Made by a program: the position numbers and the translations under genes. Positions 43,629-54,501 of a stretch of DNA of 64,000 nt are shown here, in pieces. Origin of the DNA: Obrimoposthia wandeli. Lineage: Eukaryota. A model generated the notes under the pieces. That model was given only the letters and a program-made list of their open reading frames with translations. It was not told the DNA's origin and made no database searches. Each line of letters starts with the position of its first letter. Positions within the stretch are counted from its first letter, which is position 1. The stretch covers positions 1 to 64,000 of the forward strand of contig CDROCS010004273.1 in the NCBI GenBank assembly GCA_977020255.1, given 5' to 3'.

Positions 43629-45983
43629 TTATCGATTATTTTCAATAGATTCAAGCAATTCTCTCAATTCCTTTAAATGCAAAGGTTTGCTTAAATGGTC
43701 ATCCATACCTGCCGCTAAACATTGCTCTACATGCTCAGTTAAAACATGAGCCGTTAAAGCAACGATCGGGCAAGCCTCACCTGGCTGGCCATATTGCCAT
43801 TTCCGAATGATTTCAGTCGCTTCAAAGCCATTCATCCTAGGCATTTCGCAATCCATTAATATCAAATCCAAAGCGGCTCCAGACTTAACAATGCCAATAG
43901 CCTCCTGAGCACTCGACGCCTCAATCATCCGATGCCCCAACTTGCGCAACATCGCGCTGAGAACTCTACGATTAATTTCATTATCATCAACCCCAAGAAC
44001 AGTTAGCTCTGTAGCCACCTGAACCAGTCCACCACCCTCATTCGCCTCACTTACATTAGCCGTCTCGCTAACATTAACAGGTCTTCTATTACATACCAGA
44101 GGTAGCTCAACTGTAAAACTACAATACTCCCCTACTCGACTTGCAACACTGATCTCTCCGCCCATCAAGTGCGTTAGTTGACGGCAAATAGCCAAGCCTA
44201 AACCATTACCTCCATGGCCTGAATAGAGTGATGAATCCGTTTGATGAAATCGATCAAAAACTTTCAATTGCTGCTGCTTGCTAATACCAATGCCATTATC
44301 CCAAACAGTAATTATTAACTTATTAGCCTCAGAACCCGCCATCTCAGAATACTGGGCTTTAATGACAACCTTGCCTTGATGGGTAAACTTAATTGAATTA
44401 CTTAATAAGTTAATAATTATCTGCTTAAGACACTTTTCATCTCCATAATAATTTACCGGCATATTAGGTGATAATTCTATTTCGACTGAAACCTGACTAT
44501 CACCGGCCTGCTGTTCCAGCATTTCACAGCACTGCCTACATAACAGCTCAAAATCAAAAGCGACTTCATTTAATTCAACCGCCCCACGAGAGAGATTATC
44601 GTAATCCAATTCAGCACTCACCAGATCCAATAAATATTTCCCTGAAGACGATAAAGTACGAATATAACCAAACTGAGTGGGATTCAAAGGCGTCTCTTTA
44701 AGAAGATCTGTCATACCAATAATTCCATTAAGCGGTGTGCGGACTTCGTGGCTAAACTGTGCGATCCAGTCTTTTGCTGAATCAGGAATGGCCTGTACCT
44801 TAGAACGAAACCCGACAACCTTTTCAATAACCTTTTCTCTCTCAAGCAATACACAAGTCAAAACAACTGCCTGCAATAAAATACTTCCACCAATAGCATT
44901 ACTGGTTAAAAAATTAGTCGGTAAAAGCGCCAATTTATGCATAATATAAATACACGTCGCAAGTGCCGCAATACCATAACTTATAATATAATAATGAGAA
45001 TTATCAGCATAAATATGCCGATTGATAGTTGTTAAGTACGATAAATGAATTGCAATGGCGACACCTAGCACAGCACAAAGATAGCTAGATAACTCAGCTG
45101 GAAGTAACCAAAGTAAAACAATGCCAAGGACCGCAACGACATTAAAAGCGTAGTATATTTTACTAAGTGATTTTGAGCCCTTTAGCTGAAGAAAATGCCA
45201 CGTAAAAATATTGGCAGACAAGATCACCAAGTACCCTAGAAATAAACTGGCGATATAATTGAAGCGGGGATCAACAGGCCACAAATACTCAAAATTCAGA
45301 CCTAAATGATTGGCATACATTAGACCAAATACTGACAAATCAGCGGCCAAAAAAATGAATAAATAATTATTTCGAGTAAGATAGAGGCTGATATTAAAAA
45401 TCACAAACATGAGCAAAATACCAAAATACAACCCGTATGATAAATTCTCATTGTTAGCTAAACGCCAGAATTCATTTTCTTTATGAACAAATATAGGCAA
45501 TAGCACCCCTACGTTCGACTCAGCGCGAAAATAGATAACAAGGTCTTCTTTCGCTTTCAGATCTAATGGCAAGGAAAAATTACGAAACATAATTTCCCTC
45601 TCACTATAAGGAAAAACGCCACCCAGCTGCCAATTATTACTTTCCCCTAAAGAACTTTCCACAAATATTGATAATCGATGCAATCTAGGATTCGCAAATT
45701 CTAAAATACGTTCCAACGCAACATTTTCAACGTTCTTAAGCTTAAAGCGCCCCCATGCCCCCGATTTTAAGTTACCAAGATTAAGCGGATACTCAGCAAC
45801 TTTGTGCCAATGTGAGCTAGCAAGACCTCTCACTTGAGAAAACTCATACGTAACTTGATCCTCTATAAGATACTCAAGCTGAGTCACAACAACTGTTAAC
45901 TGATGAGAGACTTCATTAGCATACGAATACATCGTATTAGCCAACAAAACAAAAACAATCAAAATCCGTCTAATTAAGTACAA
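43629..45983 (-). CDS. 7TM-DISM hybrid sensor histidine kinase (RetS/LadS-like)
   Basis: Periplasmic DISMED2-like region, YGLYFGILLMFVIFN and further TM helices, [31 protein letters not shown]-terminal REC ILMDCEMP. Confidence 0.9.
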   Translation of the reverse strand: MYLIRRILIVFVLLANTMYSYANEVSHQLTVVVTQLEYLIEDQVTYEFSQVRGLASSHWHKVAEYPLNLGNLKSGAWGRFKLKNVENVALERILEFANPRLHRLSIFVESSLGESNNWQLGGVFPYSEREIMFRNFSLPLDLKAKEDLVIYFRAESNVGVLLPIFVHKENEFWRLANNENLSYGLYFGILLMFVIFNISLYLTRNNYLFIFLAADLSVFGLMYANHLGLNFEYLWPVDPRFNYIASLFLGYLVILSANIFTWHFLQLKGSKSLSKIYYAFNVVAVLGIVLLWLLPAELSSYLCAVLGVAIAIHLSYLTTINRHIYADNSHYYIISYGIAALATCIYIMHKLALLPTNFLTSNAIGGSILLQAVVLTCVLLEREKVIEKVVGFRSKVQAIPDSAKDWIAQFSHEVRTPLNGIIGMTDLLKETPLNPTQFGYIRTLSSSGKYLLDLVSAELDYDNLSRGAVELNEVAFDFELLCRQCCEMLEQQAGDSQVSVEIELSPNMPVNYYGDEKCLKQIIINLLSNSIKFTHQGKVVIKAQYSEMAGSEANKLIITVWDNGIGISKQQQLKVFDRFHQTDSSLYSGHGGNGLGLAICRQLTHLMGGEISVASRVGEYCSFTVELPLVCNRRPVNVSETANVSEANEGGGLVQVATELTVLGVDDNEINRRVLSAMLRKLGHRMIEASSAQEAIGIVKSGAALDLILMDCEMPRMNGFEATEIIRKWQYGQPGEACPIVALTAHVLTEHVEQCLAAGMDDHLSKPLHLKELRELLESIENNR

Positions 45984-46119
45984 TATCTCTTCCCAAAGTT
46001 GTTACCTCGACCACTACATCGTTACCACAAGTAACACACCTAACTAAAGCGTTACGGCATATAGTGATAAATATAGTATTATATCCCCGTACTGCTTAAT
46101 AAATAACACCATTAAAATA

Positions 46120-46136
46120 CTGGCATCAAAATTGCT
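46120..46136 (+). promoter_or_regulatory. Sigma54 (-24/-12) promoter upstream of the AraC gene
   Basis: CTGGCAT-CAAAA-TTGCT with exact GG-N10-GC spacing, about 50 nt before ATG 46187. Confidence 0.6.
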
Positions 46137-46186
46137 TTAGAACTAGATTAATAAAAAAAACAATAATAGCGAACCGGTAAGTCATA

Positions 46187-47248
46187 ATGATTCAAAGTTC
46201 AATTTCAGTAGCGCTTATTCGCCCACTCATTGATGCCGTGAGTAATAAAACACCCCACATCGAGCCTCAATCGGCGATCGATCCGCGCCTCATGAAATTG
46301 CTTAAAGATCCCGATGCTAGAATACCAACATTAGATGCTGATATTTTAATTAATTCCCTTATCCGCACAAGTAATTCTAATTCGCTATGTGTATTTTCAG
46401 CCCAGAAGTCGGTAGCGCAAAGCAGTTGCCAACTTCAACACCTATTTTTATGCTCTAACACATTACGTGAAGCTCTATACTACTTAGAAAAATTCTCTGC
46501 ACTCTTAAGTGACAATCTCGAAATCAACGTCACCCGTACTCGTGACAACATAATCAAAGTTAAATTCCCCGTTAGCGAACACAGTTATTTATCCCAAGAA
46601 CGTTATCGTAGTGAATTGCTTGTTGGCATGATTTTAGGCTGGTTAACACAGCTTTGCGGAAATGAGATGCACATTAATGGCATAGAACTGCCATTCCCTC
46701 AGCCTAGCTATTCGACAGATTATAGCCAGTTCTGGAAAACCGACATCACCTTCAACTCAATCGAATGCTCAATCAAGTTCCAAGCTAAATATCTAGATCA
46801 AGGCCTACACAATACCAACCCCCACATCTTAAATATGATCAAAAGAGATGTTGAAGAGCAATATAGGAAACTAACCCGCTCAGGCTCACTAGCCGAACGA
46901 ATTAAGCGCGCACTAGAACAAGATAAATTAAACCTTAAAGCCAACCAGCAAATTGTTGCAGAACACTTTCATATCAGTGCCCGCACACTAAATCGACACC
47001 TACAAAAAGAGAACACCTCATTAAAACAAGTCATCACAGAATGCCGAGTTAGCAAAGCAAAACAGCTTCTAATAGAAAGTGACCTCAACATCGAACAAAT
47101 TGCTTTGCAGCTAGGACTCTCTGGACGTAGAACTCTAGACCGTATATTTATTAAACAAACCCAAGACAGCCCAGCCCAATACCGCAACAAGCAAAAATAC
47201 CAACCAAGAGCTAATGAAAGCAACATCGCTTCTGCCGTTGCTTTTTAA
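46187..47248 (+). CDS. AraC family transcriptional regulator
   Basis: SNTLREALYYL, ISARTLNRHL, IEQIALQLGLSGRRTLDRIFIKQT..SPAQYR. Confidence 0.88.
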   Translation: MIQSSISVALIRPLIDAVSNKTPHIEPQSAIDPRLMKLLKDPDARIPTLDADILINSLIRTSNSNSLCVFSAQKSVAQSSCQLQHLFLCSNTLREALYYLEKFSALLSDNLEINVTRTRDNIIKVKFPVSEHSYLSQERYRSELLVGMILGWLTQLCGNEMHINGIELPFPQPSYSTDYSQFWKTDITFNSIECSIKFQAKYLDQGLHNTNPHILNMIKRDVEEQYRKLTRSGSLAERIKRALEQDKLNLKANQQIVAEHFHISARTLNRHLQKENTSLKQVITECRVSKAKQLLIESDLNIEQIALQLGLSGRRTLDRIFIKQTQDSPAQYRNKQKYQPRANESNIASAVAF

Positions 47249-47253
47249 GCGCA

Positions 47254-47823
47254 TTAAGCAAAACCTAATAATCGCACCTTCATTACCGATGCAACCGTCA
47301 TAGCATCGGTAATTTCTCCAGACATAACCCGCTGAAAAACCTCCTCAAAAGGCAGTCGCGCAAGAGTAATATCTTCAGTATCTTCTAACGACATATCCCC
47401 TGCCAATAAGTCCTCTGCTATAAATGTAAAGCCTTGCTCCTGAGTAATCGAATTACTCAAATGCATTGATAGTACCTGCCGCCATTTATGAGCACGATAA
47501 CCTGTCTCTTCTTTCAACTCTCTTTGCGCGCAACCTAAAGCCGATTCACCCACAGGAGCTCCCCCCATAGGCAATTCCCAATGATACTCCTGTAACGGAT
47601 AACGAAACTGCCCTACCAATAAGGTATCGCCATTTTCAAATAGAGCAACAATGGCGACCGCTCTATTTTTAAAATTCACCGTGCCGTAAATACCTTCTCC
47701 ACCCGCAGGGTTTATAACTTGATGTTCCTCAACTCGAATCCAGGGATTATCGTATTTAACTTCTCGACTCAAGGTTTGCCACGGACTATCAACAACCCCT
47801 AATTTTTCATCATTGCTGCTCAC
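47254..47823 (-). CDS. NUDIX hydrolase (ADP-ribose pyrophosphatase-like)
   Basis: Nudix box GGAPVGESALGCAQRELKEETG; QFRYPL. Confidence 0.92.
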   Translation of the reverse strand: MSSNDEKLGVVDSPWQTLSREVKYDNPWIRVEEHQVINPAGGEGIYGTVNFKNRAVAIVALFENGDTLLVGQFRYPLQEYHWELPMGGAPVGESALGCAQRELKEETGYRAHKWRQVLSMHLSNSITQEQGFTFIAEDLLAGDMSLEDTEDITLARLPFEEVFQRVMSGEITDAMTVASVMKVRLLGFA

Positions 47824-48416
47824 AAAATTTCTCCGCTACGTCGCTTCTCTAGCGTTAGTTTTTTCAGACCGTAATAAAAAATCAAAAATACAATACCCGC
47901 TACGACACCCAATAGATGAGCATTTGCTTCTACGCGACCACCAATCATACCCAGCATTGCCATATCATCATAAAACGGCGTCTGCTCCCACATGACTTTT
48001 GCAACAATAACAACTAAAAAGCAGGTAGCGATACGACGACTGTAGAATTGTGAAATAAAGGGGGCAACTAACAATAGCCCATGCAAAATACCCGAGAGCC
48101 CAACATAACGCTGAAGATAATCTGCATAGAAATACAAACCAATACCAACCACCAGCAAACACCAAACAAGCAATAACAACCCTAATAGATTATTCAAATG
48201 CCTTCCTGCGATATAAGCCAGTAAAACGAGCCCCATTGCATTACCTAGCATATGCATTACTGACAAATGAACAAAATGAGCACTGACTAAACGCCAAATC
48301 TGGCCATCATCAATCGCTGCACGGTCAAACATCAACCACTCAGAGCTCATTGGCTCAAACAGCGCAAGAACGACAACAATGACCAATAACAAAATATAAA
48401 GCAGATAATCGCGCAT
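47820..48416 (-). CDS. rrtA: Rhombosortase
   Basis: WRLVSAHFVH, HMLGN, YVGLSGILHG (catalytic Ser), EANAHLLG (catalytic His). Confidence 0.92.
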   Translation of the reverse strand: MRDYLLYILLLVIVVVLALFEPMSSEWLMFDRAAIDDGQIWRLVSAHFVHLSVMHMLGNAMGLVLLAYIAGRHLNNLLGLLLLVWCLLVVGIGLYFYADYLQRYVGLSGILHGLLLVAPFISQFYSRRIATCFLVVIVAKVMWEQTPFYDDMAMLGMIGGRVEANAHLLGVVAGIVFLIFYYGLKKLTLEKRRSGEIL

Positions 48417-48464
48417 CTAAGCTACCAAAATAAAAGTATTATAAGCTGACGCAAGACATTGCTT

Positions 48465-50353
48465 CTAGATTTTTCTACCAACCCGAAAACTGAGTAACAA
48501 TAAGACGAAGGAGAAAATGGAGATCCAATAACCACCACCCGCCTTTTTATTAGCAACCTCCGGTGAATACTCGACAGACTTAGGTACCTGATAATTAAAT
48601 GCCTGCTGCTGACTGGCAACCAATAAGCGCTGATTAAAGTCAAAGCTGGCTTTACTAAAAATTCCGCCAGACTCGGTATAGCTCTGACCACTAGCAAGAT
48701 TTTGATTATCTATACTAAATGGACGTGAAGAAACTGCCTCCATTGAAACGTGCAAATACACCTGAGAATAAGCACTCAAATCAACGCGATCAGCAAAGGA
48801 AATACGATTCCAGCCTCGCGAAACAGTGCGTAATGCCGTTGAATGAATTTCACCACCCACCCGCCCACTCCTCCCAAACTTTGAGTTTTCAACCCTTTCA
48901 CTCCCCACGCTACCCCCACCTTGTCATCATGACCCAAATTGTTACCAAGCTGCTGATAAGGCAAAGTAATCGTTCCACGTACTTTATTTCCAACCTGAAT
49001 ATTAGAGATTTCAACACCACTCATATTGCCATGGTAATCCAAGCTAGCAGGAAAAGAAGAAGAGCCAAAATAATTTTGACCATAAGCATCGTTATAGACA
49101 TCCAACTGGTCACCCCGATTTTCTAGTTGATCAAGATCATCTCGACCATCAGCCTCCTCAATATCAACCAACTTATGCTCAGCGACATCGTTTTGAGGAC
49201 CCGCCCGCCCATACCCAACCCAATCATCAACATGAGAAATCAACAACCCCTCTCCTGGCAAGGCGCTATCAAGCAACGACTGCTGTCGATACTCCAATAA
49301 AAAGTGCTCACCATGGCGAAAAGGATCCAGCCAAACACGCATCGCTTCAGGAACATGAGTCGCACTGGCGAGACTAAACTCAAATTTATCACCCTCAACG
49401 TCTTCAGGCTTTAGAAAACCCGCCTTAGTCTTCGACCAAGCCATCATATGAGCAGGAGAGTTACCCGAATAACCGCCATGGCTATTCCAGCTCCCCAACC
49501 CCATCAAACCCCAGCGCCCAATGCCATTAGAGTCGCCTTGGCGATCATAAAGATCAGGCAAGGCAAATAATAAATGCCCCATTTCATGACTAATAATACC
49601 AATAGTTGCCAAATGATTTTGGTGCTGCTCACCAAACATCGCGAAACTATCTAGCCCAGTACCATCCAGAGATACTCCTGATATATCAGATTTATGGGCC
49701 CATACACGAGGTTCTGGGGCAGAACTTCCGCCATAGGCATTTTCATACCCCGCAACTATCAACACAACTGCCAACTCATTAGAGCTGAGCTGGGCATCTC
49801 TATTAAGGTCGAAATCTGAGAAATCTATATAACGATCAATTTGGGCAAGCGCATCGCGCACCAGATCCTGACTCTTAGACCCATAATTATCACCAAAATT
49901 GGGGTGCGCATAAGGTAATTGCACATCAATAATCCCGTCATTAACGATCCCTTCGGTTTCTTGTGCAGCCTGGATATTAAATTGCTGGTATGAGTTTTCT
50001 AAATAGTAGCTAGCCACACTGCTAACCCCCTCTTGAGTAGAGAAGATTAAATCCTGAAATTCACTCCGAGAATAACTAAAGTCTTGATCAGTAAAAGAGA
50101 GGCGCAATAGCAAAACAGGCTGAGATACTTCACTAGCGGCAGAAGTGGCCTGAACAGACACTGACAACTCTTGCTTAAAGGTCGGTGTTGATAGCTGTTT
50201 TAAATTATTAGCAGATAGCGAGTGATATACATCAACTGAATTAAGGTCAACATACTCATTCATTGGCACAGCAATCGTAGTGGCATGAGAGCCCGTGATC
50301 ACAGCGAAATAAACAATACATAAATGACAGACGAAACGAGTAATAAACAACAT
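48465..50353 (-). pseudogene. M6 family (immune inhibitor A-like) metalloprotease with GlyGly-CTERM, split by a frameshift
   Basis: HEMGHLLFALPDLYD zinc motif, GEHFLLEYRQ and GEGLLISHVD in 48776-50353. The C-terminal piece 48465-48908 ends KKAGGGYWISIFSFVLLLLSFRVGRKI. The frame break lies within 48776-48908. Confidence 0.85.
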
Positions 50354-50550
50354 ACGTTACCTAAAAACCAAGTGCATACACTCAATCTAGATAACAGCTG
50401 TTCATTTATCTTTCGAAATTACAATTCAAAACCAGACAGTATTTTAGTGACACTGAACAAGTGTTTAAGCGTCAATTACACCATTCGTCAAATACTCGTC
50501 ACACCTCTTCGTCAATAAACATTACATTTATTACAAAGCCATACGCGTTG

Positions 50551-51525
50551 TTACGCATAGAGAGCTACAAACTCCACCACACGCTTTTCCATCCAATAAG
50601 CCTGATCCTTATTAATCTCGATGAACCCTACATGCCCCCCTGATTTTGGCACTTCTAGCGATAGCCACTCACTGGCACGAGCCTCGGCATAAGGAAAGCA
50701 AGCCTCAGGTAAAAATGGGTCATTCTCAGCATTCACCAATAAAGCAGGTATTCGAATATCTTTTAGTACAGGCTTACAGCTGCTTTGCGCCCAATAATCA
50801 GCAGCGTCTTTAAAGCCATGAATAGGGGCAGTATAGCGATCATCAAAATGCTGGAATGTTTTAATCTGATAATAATCTTCTGCACTGACGTGATCTGGAA
50901 AATCTAGCGCTTTAGCTTCAATTTTTTCCTTAAGATCTTTCAAGAATCGCCACATGAATATCTTATTTCTACACTCTGCCAAACGATGTGAGCTGGCGGC
51001 TAAATCACACGGCACAGAAAAAGCGACGACCGACTTAATACAATCCGGCAAATCCAGACCCTGCCGACCTGCATACAAGAGACTTAAATTTCCACCCATA
51101 CTGAAACCGATCAAGTGAATATTTTGATAACCTAAACCATAGGCATGTTCCACGACACGCTTTAAATCATCTGTCGCGCCACTATGATAAAAGCGTAAGG
51201 TTTTATTCATTTCTCCTGAACAAGAACGAAAATTCCAAGCCAAGGCATCCCAACCTTGAACATTAGCCTCACGAGCAACGCCTGCCACATAAGGACGCTG
51301 CGAATGACCTTCTAAGCCATGTGAAATAATCAGTAAAGTTTTACCATTACGCGAATTAGATGCACGACTCCAATCAAGGTCTAAAAAGTCACCATCGTCC
51401 GTCACCAAACGCTCTCGCTGGAAATGCTCAGTATCGATACGACGAATTAAGGTCGGCAAAATACTTTGAACATATCCATTAGCTAACAAGAAAGGCGGGC
51501 GGTAGTTACTATCGATAACAGGCAT
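50551..51525 (-). CDS. yheT: YheT family alpha/beta hydrolase
   Basis: DGDFLDLDW, HGLEGHS, NFRSCSGE, GFSMGGN, NAENDPF, GGHVGF. Confidence 0.92.
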   Translation of the reverse strand: MPVIDSNYRPPFLLANGYVQSILPTLIRRIDTEHFQRERLVTDDGDFLDLDWSRASNSRNGKTLLIISHGLEGHSQRPYVAGVAREANVQGWDALAWNFRSCSGEMNKTLRFYHSGATDDLKRVVEHAYGLGYQNIHLIGFSMGGNLSLLYAGRQGLDLPDCIKSVVAFSVPCDLAASSHRLAECRNKIFMWRFLKDLKEKIEAKALDFPDHVSAEDYYQIKTFQHFDDRYTAPIHGFKDAADYWAQSSCKPVLKDIRIPALLVNAENDPFLPEACFPYAEARASEWLSLEVPKSGGHVGFIEINKDQAYWMEKRVVEFVALYA

Positions 51526-51629
51526 GTCAAAACTCTAAAGCTCAAAAAAATTGAGCCTTAGACTAACAGAGAGGATAAAGCGTGAATATTAAAAATAGAA
51601 TAAGAATTAAAAGTAGAGATACAAAACGA

Positions 51630-51962
51630 CTACGCAGCGAAACGACGTTCTAAGTATTTGGTAATTTTTTCACTGCTGTACAGCCAACGAGTCTCTTGGC
51701 CCTGACGCCCTTCTATACGCAAGCAAGGCACTCGCACCTCACCACCACCATGAATAAGCTCATTACGGTATGCATTAACGCGTTCAACATCCTTTTCTAC
51801 AACCCTCAAACCCAATTGCTGACAACGACGTTTGATTTTAATAGAGGTCGGGCATGTCTTACAAAAGTACAACTGAATTCGACGGGATTCTCGATCTAAC
51901 GAAGATTGCTCCTCACTCGAGCGTGAAACAGGCTTCACCTTAAACCACTGGTCGGCGAACAT
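51630..51962 (-). CDS. Glutaredoxin/GST-N domain protein
   Basis: LYFCKTCPTS, GGEVRVPCLRIE, WLYSSEKI..YL. ATG at about 51962 (MFADQW) preferred. Confidence 0.8.
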   Translation of the reverse strand: MFADQWFKVKPVSRSSEEQSSLDRESRRIQLYFCKTCPTSIKIKRRCQQLGLRVVEKDVERVNAYRNELIHGGGEVRVPCLRIEGRQGQETRWLYSSEKITKYLERRFAA

Positions 51963-52211
51963 GAAACAAAAACCCTGCATGCGATATTTGACAGACATTA
52001 ACAATGATCCGAATAAGCAACGAGACAACTGGCGCGCTATTCTACGAGTAAAATATTAAAAATCTAGCACTTTCGAAAGTGATTTATTGACCTACCGCAG
52101 GAGACTGCTGAATCAGGATAATTAAGCCAGCCGCCATAAGGGCTGTAAAAATTAACAACCCTCTCATTCGCCGACAAAAAGGGCAGTCCTTTGCCCGCTT
52201 TTTAAGCATAA

Positions 52212-53060
52212 TTATTGAATCGCCTTATTACGAGAAAATGAAGGTAAGCTGGTAAATTCATCCCAATGCATCCAAACCGCTTCCGCTTTGCCAACAATAT
52301 TTTCAGCTGGCACAAAAGACATTGCCTCACCCGTCGCTGTATTACGCCATAAGCGACTATCAGAACTACGACCTCGGTTATCACCCATCATAAAATAATG
52401 GCCCTCTGGCACAGTCCATTCACCTTCTGGACCAAAATTAGCACCCGGAGTCCACTGCACTTCATGAGGACCCGTATCCAATGTTTCTTCTAATAAATAC
52501 TTAACTGGGCGATGTTTAGGCTCAGCAGATTTAACGGCAATGCTCTTCTCTTCGCCATTAATGATTAACTGACCACCTTTATAGACCACGTGATCTCCAG
52601 GTAGGCCGATAACACGCTTAATAAAATAACGTTTATCATGCGGTGGGAAAAACACCATCACATCACCACGCTCAGGCTCATTAATAGCGACCAATAAATT
52701 GCGGAATACCGGCATACGCAAGCCATAATGAAACTTACTCACCAAGATAAAGTCGCCTTTAACCAAAGTAGATTCCATTGAACCAGAAGGAATTTGAAAC
52801 GGTTCAGCAATAAAAGATCGCAAAACAAAAACCACTACTAAAACAGGGAAAAATGATTTAGATTGCTCAATCCAAACCGGCTCTTTTGCTGCCGACTCCA
52901 GTGCTTGTTTACCAGCGCCTTGCCCATCTAACAAATTTATTTGTTCCACACGTTTTGGCAAAAAGAATAACTTATCAGCAAGTGCAACCAAGCCAGTCAC
53001 GACGGTAAGTACCATCAAAATCAGGGGGAAATCAATATCCATAATATCTAAACTATTCAA
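52212..53060 (-). CDS. lepB: Signal peptidase I
   Basis: EPFQIPSGSMESTL, GDFILVSKF, FIKRVIGLPGD, MMGDNRGRSSDSR. Confidence 0.97.
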   Translation of the reverse strand: MNSLDIMDIDFPLILMVLTVVTGLVALADKLFFLPKRVEQINLLDGQGAGKQALESAAKEPVWIEQSKSFFPVLVVVFVLRSFIAEPFQIPSGSMESTLVKGDFILVSKFHYGLRMPVFRNLLVAINEPERGDVMVFFPPHDKRYFIKRVIGLPGDHVVYKGGQLIINGEEKSIAVKSAEPKHRPVKYLLEETLDTGPHEVQWTPGANFGPEGEWTVPEGHYFMMGDNRGRSSDSRLWRNTATGEAMSFVPAENIVGKAEAVWMHWDEFTSLPSFSRNKAIQ

Positions 53061-53110
53061 ACCGTATAATTATTAAGAGCAAGCATTGTAACCACACCTT
53101 ATCAGCATAG

Positions 53111-54472
53111 CTAGCGCCCTGGAGGACTATAACCCGAGAATTGTTGTGCAATATCAGCGGCATAATTATCAGTCATACCCGCCACATAATCCAATACTCG
53201 CATATAGGCTTGATAAAGCGTCCAATCAGCTTGCGGCGCACTCGGGCCCATCATTTCAAGCACCCGGCTATTACGAAAAGTTGAGTGGCCCGTATCAATC
53301 AACTCTTTTGCTGCTTGTAGAAACGCGGTCAATAAATTTGCCAAAGTAGAATACGCGCCCACCTCAATCGCTGTTTTGCGAGGATCTTTAAAGATGCGCT
53401 CACGTGCTAGCGCCTTGGCACCATTAATTGCATTTCTAACAACCTCAGGGCAATGATCACTTAACTCACCCACCAAAGTACCTGCCAAAATCTGTGCTTC
53501 ATTATCTAAGAATGCTTGGCTTGCGGCGGCAACCATTTTCTCCATCGCTTTACCCCGCAACATAGACAAACGTCTGCGTTCATTATCAGCACTATCAAAA
53601 TCAGATTTATAACGGCCCCAATCATCGGCCAATAGTGGCTTTAAAATAGCTTCGACTTCTTCGTAACGTAAAATCCCAACCTCGATACCATCTTCCAGAT
53701 CGATTAAGCCATAACAAATGTCATCAGCGATTTCCATTAGATAAACCAAAGGATGGCGGCACCACTTACTGACAACCCCATCTGAATCAACGCCTTGAGG
53801 AATCAACCCTAAATCAGTAGCAATACTATTAAGGATCGGAAATTCACTTTGAAAACAGCCAAATTTATGCGCCTTAGCACCTGAGGCCGACGCATGCTGA
53901 ACAGTCCAAGGGTATTTTAAAAAGGTACCCAACGTCGCTTGCGTAAGCCGCATACCGCCACTAAAACGGTGGTACTCAACCTGAGTGATAATACGGAACC
54001 CCTGAGCATTACCCTCAAAAGTACATAAATCAGCCTTCTCCAGCTCATTCAAACCTTCCAGCAACACCGCATTCTGAGGATCTAAAAACCAATGCCGAAT
54101 CGCATCCTCACCCGTATGCCCATAAGGAGGGTTGCCAATATCATGAGCTAAACACGCCGCCTGCAATATAGCGCCAACATCACCAGGAGTAATCGACTCA
54201 GGGAAAGATGAATTATTAGATTTTAAGCCTTCACCAACGCTATAACCCAAGCTCCGCCCAACACAACTAACTTCCAAACTGTGAGTTAAACGGCTATGCA
54301 CATGGTCATTTTCGGATAACGGGTGTACTTGTGTTTTGCGATCTAAACGACGAAACGCACTCGAAAATACGATTCTATCTTGATCTTTGTGAAACGGTGA
54401 GCGACCCGCCTCGTAACGTATCGTCGTTTCGCCCACTCTCAGAGGCTGCAATAACTTCGTCCAATCCATCAT
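53111..54472 (-). CDS. dgt: Deoxyguanosinetriphosphate triphosphohydrolase
   Basis: RRLDRKTQV, RLTHSLEV, AHDIGNPPYGH, FEGNAQ, ADDICY, YVAGMTD. Confidence 0.95.
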   Translation of the reverse strand: MMDWTKLLQPLRVGETTIRYEAGRSPFHKDQDRIVFSSAFRRLDRKTQVHPLSENDHVHSRLTHSLEVSCVGRSLGYSVGEGLKSNNSSFPESITPGDVGAILQAACLAHDIGNPPYGHTGEDAIRHWFLDPQNAVLLEGLNELEKADLCTFEGNAQGFRIITQVEYHRFSGGMRLTQATLGTFLKYPWTVQHASASGAKAHKFGCFQSEFPILNSIATDLGLIPQGVDSDGVVSKWCRHPLVYLMEIADDICYGLIDLEDGIEVGILRYEEVEAILKPLLADDWGRYKSDFDSADNERRRLSMLRGKAMEKMVAAASQAFLDNEAQILAGTLVGELSDHCPEVVRNAINGAKALARERIFKDPRKTAIEVGAYSTLANLLTAFLQAAKELIDTGHSTFRNSRVLEMMGPSAPQADWTLYQAYMRVLDYVAGMTDNYAADIAQQFSGYSPPGR

Positions 54473-54501
54473 ATTTTTATCTGCCTCATTTAAACTAAGT
54501 G

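Noticed and set aside
52030-52205. Possible CsrB/RsmZ-like sRNA between the grx and lepB genes
   Set aside because: Only two GGA motifs and weak hairpins; more simply promoter plus terminator sequence.
53111-54472. dGTPase as an anti-phage defence gene
   Set aside because: It sits among housekeeping genes (lepB, prephenate dehydratase) with no defence-island or mobile context; treated as housekeeping dgt.
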